Source: Trichodesmium erythraeum IMS101
Lineage (GTDB): Bacteria; Cyanobacteriota; Cyanobacteriia; Cyanobacteriales; Microcoleaceae
Length of the DNA: 32,000 nucleotides
Direction of reading: 5' to 3'
Assembly: GCF_000014265.1 (NCBI RefSeq)
Contig: NC_008312.1
Coordinates: 4,170,001-4,202,000, forward strand
Below the pieces are notes generated by a model, which worked only from the letters and a program-made list of their open reading frames with translations, searched no databases and was not told the origin of the DNA. The position numbers were made by a program, and so were the translations under genes. Of the stretch, positions 17,462 to 26,544 are shown one piece after another (position 1 is the first letter of the stretch; each line of letters begins with the position of its first letter).

Positions 17462-20400
17462 TTAAATCAAATTAGGACACTTAAAACTTACCATACCCAG
17501 TCGCACATGAGAACCATCTTTGAAAATAGCTTCTAAGGAAATTTTCGACTCTGGTGCAATCTCAATTACTTCTATTTCTCCCCAAAAACCAGAATGTTGA
17601 GCATAAGGATACTCAGGATGAATTTTACCTACATCTGGACGATGTAAATTAGCAGGAACTTCCCGCAAAACTTTACCTGATTTAGTTAAAGAAATTAGTT
17701 TAACTGTGACTGGAGAAGATTTTTTTCCAACTACCCACCCACCTATACAAATAGAACTAATATTTTGCTTTACTCCTGGTGATGGTACATCTATAGAACA
17801 TCCAACTATTTCTGGATCTTTATCATACATAGAAAGAGCAACTTCTACATTTGTTTGAACTCTTAAACTAAAGTCTTCTTGTTGTCGAGTTAAATGAGGA
17901 TGATAACAAGGATCTTCGTCTATTAAATCTTTCCACCTTTGCTTCATATTCTGAATTTCTTGTTGGAAACGTAGTTGTTTTTCTCCGGTATTTTCTACTC
18001 CCCGACTTTTTGACTCGTGGTGATATAAAACGGCGTGAGGTAAATAAATATTTCGATAACCTTTATATATTATTTTTAAACATAAATCTACATCATTAAA
18101 TGCTACAGCTAACTCTTCATCAAATCCTCCCACTTGCTCAAATACTTCTCGCCGACACATTAAACACGCTGCAGTTACGGCAGAATAATTATTCACAGAA
18201 ATAATTTGACCTTTGTATCCAGCGTCGGTGGGAGAAAAACCTCGGTGACTATGGTCTGCAACACTTCGCATTCCTAGTACAACTCCGGCGTGTTGAATTG
18301 TATTGTCTGGATATAATAATAAAGCTCCGACAGCTCCTATTGTTTCTCTTTGTGCTTGCTCAACCATTGCTTCTAACCAGTCGGCTGTTTTGACTTCCGT
18401 ATCATTATTTAAGAATAGTAAATAATCACCTTCTGCTTTCTCTACGGCATAATTATTGAGTTTGGAGAAATTGAAAGGAATATTCTTTTCATAACATTTG
18501 AAACGTTCTGGTTGTTGATTTTTCCACTTCTCAATAATAGATAATGTTTCTGGTTCATCACTACCATTATCTATTACTATTACTTCATAATTTGGATAGG
18601 TAGTTTGAGTAAATATTGACTCCAAACATCTATCTAAAATATTTCCTAAATTCCTAGTGGGAATAATTATACTGACTAATTTTTGTTCTGATATTTGATA
18701 TCGGACTCGATAAAAACCAGGATGGTTGGGCACACTATAAACTGTTCCCATTTCTCCTCTTCTGGCTAATGCTTCAGTTAATGTTTTTTTAGTAGTTTCT
18801 TTTGATATTTCCCAATCTATTTCTCCTCCATTTTCCGGAATTCTGCTGTGATAAAGTACCTTAGGAATATGAAATATTTTTTGACTTACTTCGCTTAAAC
18901 GGAGAATTAAATCATATTCATAACTACTTTCATATCCGACTCGAAAACCATTCAATTTTTCCAATAATTCTCGGCGATATATACACAAATGACCTGTATA
19001 CATTCGGGATAAAAATGAATCTGGAGACCAATTTGGTTTAAAGTATGGTTCAATTAATTTTCCTTCACTGGTCAGTTTATCTTCATCAGAATAAATCATA
19101 TCTGAATCTGGATATCTATTCAGAAATAACACCATTTCATAAAGTGCATCTGGTGTTAAAATATCCTCAGGATTTAATAGAGTAACAAAATCTCCTGTTG
19201 CTAATGCTAATGCCGCATTTAAGTCTGTAGCAATATCCCTATTTTCACTTTTTATGACTAATTTAATTTTGTTGTTTGCTTCTATATTTTGCGGAAGTTT
19301 ATCAGAAATATAGCAAAGTTCCCAGTTAGGATAAATTTGATTTATTAATGATTCAATCGTCTTTTGAATGTATGGAGATCCTGATTTTTCTTGCAGTATA
19401 ATACTAATCAATGGTTGGTATCGGAAAATCTTTAAATTTTCTGACATTTTCTTGAGTTGGTCTGAGTTAGGTAAGTTTTCCTTAAGCCATAATTGATAGG
19501 TATCTTCTTTTTCAATAACAGGACTAGAAGGTAATGGAGAAATAGGAACTTTTTTCTCTTCATTTTTTTCAATAACAGGACTAGAAGGTAATGGAAAAAT
19601 AGGAACTTTATTCTTTTTCCTATTATCTTTTTTCTTTTCCCTTAAAGTATTTTTTTTCGGTAATATTTTTTCTAGTTGCCCTTGAATTTCTGAATCATCT
19701 GGATTAATTTGTAAACCTAACTGATAAAAGGCGATCGCTCCATGAGTTTTTCCTTTTTTTACTAATGTATTCCCTAGTTGTAAATAAAGTGTGTGGTCTT
19801 CTGGCTTAACCTCTAACGCTTTGTGATAAAGCTTCTCATTATCGGGGTCATTTTCTATAGCTTTACGATACCATTTAATTGATTCTTCTAAATCTAACTC
19901 AGCACGTTTTTTCAGAGCATGTCCCAATTTTTGATAAGTTTCTGGCAGATCTGCTTTTAATTCTAAAGCGCGACTATAGGGGTTGATCGCCTCTTGCCAA
20001 TTTCCTATTTCCCAAAGAGTATTTCCTAAATTAATATAAGACCAAGTAAAGTCAGGTTTTAATTTTATTGCTTGACGATAGGCTACAACAGCTTCTTCCC
20101 GTTTCCCTAGTTTTACTAGACAGTCTGCTAAGTTATTATGAGACCAAGAAAAGTCAGGATTTAATTGTATAGCTTTGCGGTAAGCCATAACAGCTTCTTC
20201 CCATTTTTCTAACTTCTTTAGAGCTTCTCCTAAGCTGTTATAATACCAAGAATTATCTGGTTTTATTTGACTTGCTTTTTCATATACTTTGACAGCTTCT
20301 TCCCATTTTTCCTGTTGGGAAAAAACTTCTCCTAATTTTCCATAAGGTATATCATATTGTGGATAATTTTCTATTGCTTGACGATAAGCTTTTACTGCCT

Positions 20401-21922
20401 CTTCTACTTTTTCTTTTTTTTGGAAATATTCTCCATATCTGTAATAAATTTCTCCAATTTTTTGCTTAATTTCTGTAGAATATGGTTTTAGTTTTTGAGC
20501 ATTTTTATAATTCTGTAAACTTAGCTCTAACTGCCCCTGCTTTAGTAAACTATCTCCTAGTTTTTCATAAGCTTCAAAACTATTTGGATCAGCAGATATT
20601 AATTGTTGATAACAAGCGATCGCCTGTTCTAATTTACCATTTTCACTCAGAGTATTGCCAGTGAATAAAAAATCTTGTGCAGTAGCTTTTCCTGGTTCTA
20701 ATCTTATTGCCTGATATAGGTATTCTGCTGCTTCTTGTGACTTATTAACCTGAGTATAAATTTTCGCTAAGTTTCGATATGCTCCCGCAAATTCTGGCTT
20801 AATTTCAATTGCTCTTAGATAATTTTGTATAGCCTGTCCCCACTGTTTTTGTTGAGCAAATATAGTTCCTATATTTGCATATACTTCTCCAAAATCAGGC
20901 TTAATTTTTAATGCTTTATTGTACCAATCTAATGCTTCTTGTAATTTACCCATAGCTTGTAAAGAATTACCAATTATTTTATAAGCTTTGGGTTCTGTTT
21001 TAGTTTGAATAACTTGCTTACTTACAGCAATTGCTTGTTCCCATTTTTTCTGGTTAACGTAAGTCTCTGCCTCTACCATATAAGTTTCTATATCTTCAGC
21101 ATTAACCGTCGGAGAAGTTGTTGGGATAGTTGCTCTCACAAGAGTGTTATGACCATTAACTTTATTACTACTTAAACTACCAACTAAAGTATCTCCAGAA
21201 TTTAACTCTTGACTAGAAATTAAATTGTATTTACTCGCTGCTCCTAAAGTATCATCTGAATTTTCTATTTTCTTACCATTTACCTTTAATTCTATCGCTT
21301 TCCGACAACAGACTGTCGCTTCATCTAAGTTTCCTTGCTCTTTTAAAGCTTCTCCTAAATTTTGATAAGCTTCTGATGAATTACTATTTAATTTAGTTGC
21401 CATTCGATAACAAGATATTGCGTCATTTAAGCTACCTTCCTTTTCCAGAGTTTTCCCTACATTCATAAATTCTTCAAAGGTAGCTTTTTCTGGTTCTATA
21501 GACAATACTTTATACTGACAATATGTAGCTAATTTTTGATTGCCTAAACTTAACCATACTTTCCTCATATTGCGATAAGCACCAGCAAAATCTGGTTTGA
21601 TATCTACAGCTTTTTGATAATAGGATATTGCTTCTTCCCATTTTTGCTGCATGGCATATAAACTGCCTAGATTAGCATATATTTCCGGCCAATTTGATTT
21701 GATTTCTAACGCTTTTTTGTACCAATTTTCTGCTTCTGCTAATTTTCCTTGAGCTTGCCAAGTATTCCCTAAAGTTTTGTAGGCAGGAAAATAATTATCT
21801 TCTATTTTTATTGCTAATTCGCAGGAGGCGATCGCTTCGTCAAATTTCTTTTCTGCTAAATAAGCTTCTGCTTTTTTGTGGAAATTTTCTGCTGCAGTTT
21901 CCTGAGGATTTATTGATGCCAT
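17462..21922 (-). CDS. giant multidomain protein: ~750 aa of TPR repeats, Pro/Lys-rich linker, two family-2 glycosyltransferase domains, ~130-aa C-terminal domain of unknown function
   Basis: Many A..Y.KAL.I.P TPR units. GT2 domain 1 is around ISIILQEKSG...ATGDFVTLLNPED. GT2 domain 2 is VSIIIPTRN...VIVIDNGSDEPETL...AEGDYLLFLNNDTEV. ATG start at 21922. Confidence 0.92.
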   Translation of the reverse strand: MASINPQETAAENFHKKAEAYLAEKKFDEAIASCELAIKIEDNYFPAYKTLGNTWQAQGKLAEAENWYKKALEIKSNWPEIYANLGSLYAMQQKWEEAISYYQKAVDIKPDFAGAYRNMRKVWLSLGNQKLATYCQYKVLSIEPEKATFEEFMNVGKTLEKEGSLNDAISCYRMATKLNSNSSEAYQNLGEALKEQGNLDEATVCCRKAIELKVNGKKIENSDDTLGAASKYNLISSQELNSGDTLVGSLSSNKVNGHNTLVRATIPTTSPTVNAEDIETYMVEAETYVNQKKWEQAIAVSKQVIQTKTEPKAYKIIGNSLQAMGKLQEALDWYNKALKIKPDFGEVYANIGTIFAQQKQWGQAIQNYLRAIEIKPEFAGAYRNLAKIYTQVNKSQEAAEYLYQAIRLEPGKATAQDFLFTGNTLSENGKLEQAIACYQQLISADPNSFEAYEKLGDSLLKQGQLELSLQNYKNAQKLKPYSTEIKQKIGEIYYRYGEYFQKKEKVEEAVKAYRQAIENYPQYDIPYGKLGEVFSQQEKWEEAVKVYEKASQIKPDNSWYYNSLGEALKKLEKWEEAVMAYRKAIQLNPDFSWSHNNLADCLVKLGKREEAVVAYRQAIKLKPDFTWSYINLGNTLWEIGNWQEAINPYSRALELKADLPETYQKLGHALKKRAELDLEESIKWYRKAIENDPDNEKLYHKALEVKPEDHTLYLQLGNTLVKKGKTHGAIAFYQLGLQINPDDSEIQGQLEKILPKKNTLREKKKDNRKKNKVPIFPLPSSPVIEKNEEKKVPISPLPSSPVIEKEDTYQLWLKENLPNSDQLKKMSENLKIFRYQPLISIILQEKSGSPYIQKTIESLINQIYPNWELCYISDKLPQNIEANNKIKLVIKSENRDIATDLNAALALATGDFVTLLNPEDILTPDALYEMVLFLNRYPDSDMIYSDEDKLTSEGKLIEPYFKPNWSPDSFLSRMYTGHLCIYRRELLEKLNGFRVGYESSYEYDLILRLSEVSQKIFHIPKVLYHSRIPENGGEIDWEISKETTKKTLTEALARRGEMGTVYSVPNHPGFYRVRYQISEQKLVSIIIPTRNLGNILDRCLESIFTQTTYPNYEVIVIDNGSDEPETLSIIEKWKNQQPERFKCYEKNIPFNFSKLNNYAVEKAEGDYLLFLNNDTEVKTADWLEAMVEQAQRETIGAVGALLLYPDNTIQHAGVVLGMRSVADHSHRGFSPTDAGYKGQIISVNNYSAVTAACLMCRREVFEQVGGFDEELAVAFNDVDLCLKIIYKGYRNIYLPHAVLYHHESKSRGVENTGEKQLRFQQEIQNMKQRWKDLIDEDPCYHPHLTRQQEDFSLRVQTNVEVALSMYDKDPEIVGCSIDVPSPGVKQNISSICIGGWVVGKKSSPVTVKLISLTKSGKVLREVPANLHRPDVGKIHPEYPYAQHSGFWGEIEVIEIAPESKISLEAIFKDGSHVRLGMVSFKCPNLI
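19511..19624 (-). repeat. in-frame 57-bp tandem duplication in the linker (KVPIFPLPSSPVIEKNEEK / KVPISPLPSSPVIEKEDTY)
   Basis: 41-bp cores at 19511-19551 and 19568-19608 differ at one base. Confidence 0.85.
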
Positions 21923-22356
21923 ATTCTTTTTTTTTAGCTACTATTAATTAAGTTTATTTATGGGTTTGACGGTCTCAAAAAAAACACTTACAAACAAAAC
22001 CTTAAGCACTTGTAGCTTGAGGTTAGGCTAGTATAGAAATCCAATTTTTTGTAATGCTATACAGACCTTAACTTAACAAGTAACAGTTTTTTTCCTTAAG
22101 ATTTACTTGATCAGTATTTTCTAACTTAACAAAGAAGATGATAAAAACACAAAGAGTAAACTAAATGTTTGCCAGAAAATTCAGTATCAAATATTCTGCT
22201 ATTTTTGTTGAGGAAAAAATAAAATTCAGTATTTTAACTCTCCTAACTCAGCCTTAGACACTGTTAACTTATCACTCATAATTAAAAACTGAAATAACTT
22301 ACTTTCTTATTCTATTTCATTCACCTCCCCCCTTTTTTTTTCAAATAAGGATAATC

Positions 22357-25296
22357 TTAAAAAATATCTACAACTTTTAGCATCTGATTTAATGAATCTA
22401 AATTCACTAAAATATCTTCCACTAAAGAACTTTCATACATTATATTTCTCATTGGATAACAACTAAATGTTTCACCAATTAAGTAGTAATGCTCAAGTCC
22501 TAATAATTGGCTAATATGCCAATAATAGTATCTGAGATAGTGGGGTGAGAAAAGTTCGATAACTTTTGTCCCTGGGTTACAGAATACTATATTTGTTAAA
22601 CCACTTCCATGAGGGGCCACTATGATTTTGGCATGGGCAAAAGTGCTAATCTGATTTTCTAGGGATATTGACTCTGGAGTAACATAAGTAAAACCAAACT
22701 GGCGTAATATATCTACTACTTCTGCTTCATTCATTACTCGACGATACTTAGCATTACCTCTACCTATATATATTTTTTCCGGAAAGTATGACTTATTATT
22801 AGTTATACCTCTAAGAAATACTTCTCTTAAAAATTTTAATCCCCAGGGTTGTAACCATCCCAGATAACTAGGATATGAAGGGACGACTAATTCTGTTGCT
22901 TGAACATGAGGATGGCGATCGCTTGCCAAAATTTTCTCTTGTTTGACACCAAGAGTTTTTAATGTCTCTCGTTGAAAAGGTTGTTGATAGTCATTAACTA
23001 TAAACCAATCTATTTCTTCTAAATTAATACCCTGACGCAATATCTCTATTCTTGGCAGTAGGTCTACCATCCAATGAAAATAGACATTTCCTGATAACAC
23101 CGATAATACTGCTACCTTACCATTAATTTTCTCTAGGGGGGGCAGTTCTTCAAAACCAAAAATCCGATGTTGACTTGGGTCATGCTTTGTACATCCTGGC
23201 AATGGAGATGGATATTCTCTGGACAAGTCTGACAATAAATAGTTATCTGGAGTCATAATAGCAATGCCGTAACATAGTCTCCAGTAATTTTTCTTGGGCA
23301 TTATCCAAGCTCTTCCCTCCGGTACTGTAGTCACGAAGGTAGGACTCCGGGAAAGTTTCTGAAAGTAAGAAAGCCCTTCTTTATCATTTTTTGTATCTTT
23401 TGTCAAACTAAGTATACTTTCCTCCTTACTTACAGATGTTAGGGAAGAAGGACTCATCCTCTCATTTTTCCCAGGAGTTAGAGATTTTTTCCCCTCTTTT
23501 TCAAGGGGGTTTAAAAGTGATATTTCCTGACTCAGCAAATCAATATCTTGACTAAACTCACCCTGATCCCTAAGACTATATATCCCTTGAGCAGGAGACT
23601 TTGGGTCAAACCACTGATAAATTTGCTTTAAACATGCACTACAATTTAACCCAAGACATTCTAAATCTTTCTTCTTATTTTCAACACTTACTTTAATAGG
23701 AGATTTTATAGATTCTTCTCTATATTCTGTTGCTAATTTTTCTAATCTTACTTCTTTATATCGTTTCTGATAATTATTACCATCTAATTTCTGCAACCAA
23801 TCTTTTGTAGATAAATATAATCCCTCTAACTTTGGATAAGGCAAAAAATCATTATTAAAATCATTATTTAATATATCTTCTACTTTTCCGGATAATACTT
23901 TACTATAATAATCTCTTGCTGCCTGCCATCTTTGCTGTTTTTCCATAATCTTACCCAACTCAAAATAAATCTTTGTCGTCTGATTAATTCTATTTTCATT
24001 AAGTAAAATTTGCAGAGCTATTTGGTAACTAATAATTGCTGAATTTAACCGTTTTTGTTTAGCCAAATTATTCCCTAATAACCAATAAATATCTGCCGAA
24101 TTTGGTTTAATTTTTAACGCCTTATGATAAATATTTTCAGCACTTTTATAAAACTCATTTTCCATCAATACATTGCCAAAATTAATATAATAACTCAGCA
24201 AATACCGAGATATTTTTTGAGAAGATTGCTGATAATTTTCTGAATTAATATCTAACTTTTTTAGCTCTTTAATAAAATTCAACACAGCTACTTTTGTTAA
24301 ATACATTTTATCATATTCTATATGCTCCAAATTACCTAACTTCGACTCTAATACCTGCCAACAACCATCAACAAACTTATTATTAGTAATTACATTTTTT
24401 AAGTAAACAAAAGCAGTTTGAAACTTTCCTATAGTCATTAGAGAAAAAGCACAATCACTATAAACCAATAAATTATCTTTTTTTCCCTTCAATCTAATAA
24501 CTTCTTGAAAAGATTTTACTGCCAATTCATGCTCCCCAATTATTTGTAATGCTTTACCCAAATTATAATGGGCTTTGATCAATAATGGGTCTAATTCTAT
24601 AGCACGATAATAAGCAGCGATCGCCTCTATAGGATTTTCATTTAATAAAGTAAAACCAAGATTATTATATAAACTTGCTGAATCAGGCTTTAAAACTAAA
24701 GCTTGTTGATAAACCTCAATAGCTTCTGACCTTCGATTCCAATTAGCTAAAATACGACCTAAATTATTATATCCTTCTACAAAATCTGGGTTTAATTCTA
24801 TGACTTTTCTATAAATATCAACTGCCGCTTGATAATTTCTTTCCCTTTCAAAAATAATGCCTAAACCCAAATAAGCATTAATGTAATTCGGTTTGATAAC
24901 AATTGCATTTTCATAGCATTGAATTGCTGATTCAAAATATCGAACTTGATAGAATATATTACCTAAATTATAATATAATTCTGGCCATTTTAGTCCTAAA
25001 TTAATCGCTTTTTGATATTGATTAGCTGCTTCACTCAGCCATTTTTTCTGACTGTATAACCAAGCGAGAAAAGCATGAACTTCTGCATATTTTGGTTGAA
25101 TCTCCACAGCTTTTGTATAAGCATACATAGCTTTTTCAAAATTCTCTTCTGCTTGGTAAATTTCCCCTAATATTCTGTAAGCATGAGCGGAGTTTGGTTG
25201 TATTTCTAATATTTGTTCACATATTTCTATTGCCTGACTTAAATTGCCTTTAGTCAAATATGATTTTGCTAATCTGAGATATTTTTCTATTTTCAT
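22357..25296 (-). CDS. TPR-repeat protein (N-terminal ~470 aa) fused to a C-terminal GT61/DUF563-type glycosyltransferase domain
   Basis: TPR units throughout the N-terminal half. C-terminal motifs YFHWMVDLLPR and IVAPHGSGLTNIVFC are typical of DUF563/GT61 (capsular-polysaccharide-biosynthesis-like). The track start (25302) is TTG; ATG at 25296 (MKIEKYL) is preferred. Confidence 0.88.
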   Translation of the reverse strand: MKIEKYLRLAKSYLTKGNLSQAIEICEQILEIQPNSAHAYRILGEIYQAEENFEKAMYAYTKAVEIQPKYAEVHAFLAWLYSQKKWLSEAANQYQKAINLGLKWPELYYNLGNIFYQVRYFESAIQCYENAIVIKPNYINAYLGLGIIFERERNYQAAVDIYRKVIELNPDFVEGYNNLGRILANWNRRSEAIEVYQQALVLKPDSASLYNNLGFTLLNENPIEAIAAYYRAIELDPLLIKAHYNLGKALQIIGEHELAVKSFQEVIRLKGKKDNLLVYSDCAFSLMTIGKFQTAFVYLKNVITNNKFVDGCWQVLESKLGNLEHIEYDKMYLTKVAVLNFIKELKKLDINSENYQQSSQKISRYLLSYYINFGNVLMENEFYKSAENIYHKALKIKPNSADIYWLLGNNLAKQKRLNSAIISYQIALQILLNENRINQTTKIYFELGKIMEKQQRWQAARDYYSKVLSGKVEDILNNDFNNDFLPYPKLEGLYLSTKDWLQKLDGNNYQKRYKEVRLEKLATEYREESIKSPIKVSVENKKKDLECLGLNCSACLKQIYQWFDPKSPAQGIYSLRDQGEFSQDIDLLSQEISLLNPLEKEGKKSLTPGKNERMSPSSLTSVSKEESILSLTKDTKNDKEGLSYFQKLSRSPTFVTTVPEGRAWIMPKKNYWRLCYGIAIMTPDNYLLSDLSREYPSPLPGCTKHDPSQHRIFGFEELPPLEKINGKVAVLSVLSGNVYFHWMVDLLPRIEILRQGINLEEIDWFIVNDYQQPFQRETLKTLGVKQEKILASDRHPHVQATELVVPSYPSYLGWLQPWGLKFLREVFLRGITNNKSYFPEKIYIGRGNAKYRRVMNEAEVVDILRQFGFTYVTPESISLENQISTFAHAKIIVAPHGSGLTNIVFCNPGTKVIELFSPHYLRYYYWHISQLLGLEHYYLIGETFSCYPMRNIMYESSLVEDILVNLDSLNQMLKVVDIF

Positions 25297-25360
25297 CGTC
25301 AAATATCAATATAGGATATTAAAGCATTCCTAAATTAGGTTGTAGCATTTTATTGTAAGT

Positions 25361-25403
25361 GTTTGGAGACCAAACCCCTTCTGCTAGAGTTTGTAGACCA
25401 AAC
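25361..25403. promoter_or_regulatory. two copies of a 15-bp palindromic motif (GTTTGGAGACCAAAC at 25361-25375; GTTTGTAGACCAAAC at 25389-25403), 28 bp centre to centre
   Basis: Seen directly, in the divergent region between the TPR-GT61 gene and xisH. A regulatory role is inferred only. Confidence 0.3.
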
Positions 25404-25473
25404 CTCCACAGTTTTTTTCACAAATCATTTAGGATTACTATAGATTAATTTATCTTTTTAGAAACAAAGACTG

Positions 25474-25867
25474 ATGTCAGCCAAAAACTTTTATCACAAT
25501 ACAGTAAAAAATGCTTTAATCAAAGATAGCTGGAATATTAAAGACGACCCTTTAATTTTATCTATTAGCAAAAAAAAATTTATTTGTAGATTTGGGATCT
25601 AAAAAATTAATTATCACAGATAAAAGTAACCCAAAAATTGCTGTAGAAATTAAAAACTTTATTAATGCATTTCTAATTAATGATTTAGAAAAAGCTCTAG
25701 GTTAATATATTTTATATAGGGAAATTTTAAGAGATAAGCAAGAATCCAGAATATTATATTTAGCAATTAAACAATCAGCTTATGAAGATATTTTTGAAGA
25801 ACCTATTGGTAAGCTACTTTGAAAACGAAGTATTGTAAATTTGTTAGTTTTTGACCAAGTAGAGTAA
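25474..25867 (+). pseudogene. xisH: xisH-family gene, inactivated (frameshift in an A9 run at 25570-25578; in-frame TAA 25703-25705 and TGA 25820-25822)
   Basis: Frame 1 gives MSAKNFYHNTVKNALIKDSWNIKDDPLILS..., the XisH N-terminus. After a frame change it continues VDLGSKKLIITDKSNPKIAVEIKNFINAFLINDLEKALG*YILYREIL...RILYLAI..., matching the XisH consensus (ALGQY with Q replaced by a stop). Confidence 0.8.
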
Positions 25868-25878
25868 GTAATTTTACT

Positions 25879-26218
25879 ATGGATTCAATCACAAACTATG
25901 ATGAAATTATTTATCCTATTTTAAAAGAATATGCAAACCTTCCTTATCCCTATGGAAAAGTCAAACGTCATTTGATTTTCAGTGAGGATAAGTCGTATTA
26001 TTTGTTTCTGACTTGGGGCTGGGAAAATAGGCGAAGGTTACATCGTTGTATTGTACATTTAGAAATTATTGGTAATAAAATCTGGACTCATGAAAATAAA
26101 TGGTTTAGAAGATGGTATTGCAAAATTTTTAGTGAATGCAGGTATTCCTAAAAGTCAAATTGTTTTGGGTTTTCATCCAGTAGAGGTAAGTTCCCATAGT
26201 GAATTTGCGGTTAATTAG
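25879..26218 (+). pseudogene. xisI: xisI-family gene, inactivated by a frameshift near 26092-26101
   Basis: MDSITNYDEIIYPILKEYANLPYPYGKVKRHLIFSEDKSYYLFLTWGWENRRRLHRCIVHLEIIGNKIW is XisI-like. The conserved C-terminus NGLEDGIAKFLVNAGIPKSQIVLGFHPVEVSSHSEFAVN* lies in another frame. Total length is 340 nt, not a multiple of 3. Confidence 0.8.
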
Positions 26219-26447
26219 TTTCTACAAAATGCTGCGCAGAACCAACATATTTAGTAGGTGCATTTTTGTTGGGGCAAAGATTCACTAACGGCTTTCCCCA
26301 ACATCGAAAGCCGAGCATTCCGTCAGAAAAAAGGCGAAGCCCATGGCGCCAAGCTATATGCCATTACCCCCTACTGTGGTGTACTGAAATGAAAACCGCT
26401 GTAAATATTTGACTCAAAACAATTAAAGCAGACTTCTCAACTTAGCT

Positions 26448-26478
26448 AAAACAAAATTCCCCCCTAAAGTTAGGAGGG
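26448..26478 (-). terminator. intrinsic terminator candidate for the RTX gene
   Basis: On the minus strand: CCCUCCU-AACUUU-AGGGGGG (7-bp stem with one G.U, 6-nt loop) followed by AAUUUUGUUUU. It lies 67 nt after the stop codon. Confidence 0.55.
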
Positions 26479-26544
26479 ACTCAGTATCTTCATTTTTGGG
26501 TTATACCCACATTTAAAATCATATTTATTAATTAATAACTAGAC

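Noticed and set aside
20482-20664. 60-aa plus-strand ORF
   Set aside because: It is antisense to the TPR region of the 1486-aa gene.
25879-26151. 90-aa ORF treated as an intact gene
   Set aside because: The last ~17 residues (NKWFRRWYCKIFSECRYS) are out-of-frame read-through. The conserved XisI C-terminus continues in another frame, so I called it a pseudogene instead.
26221-26445. Group II intron, tmRNA, RNase P, SRP RNA or riboswitch identity for the GC-richer spacer
   Set aside because: None of the hallmark motifs I can recall is present (GUGYG 5' end, domain V, GAGGAAAGUCC, and so on). It is reported only as an unclassified structured segment.
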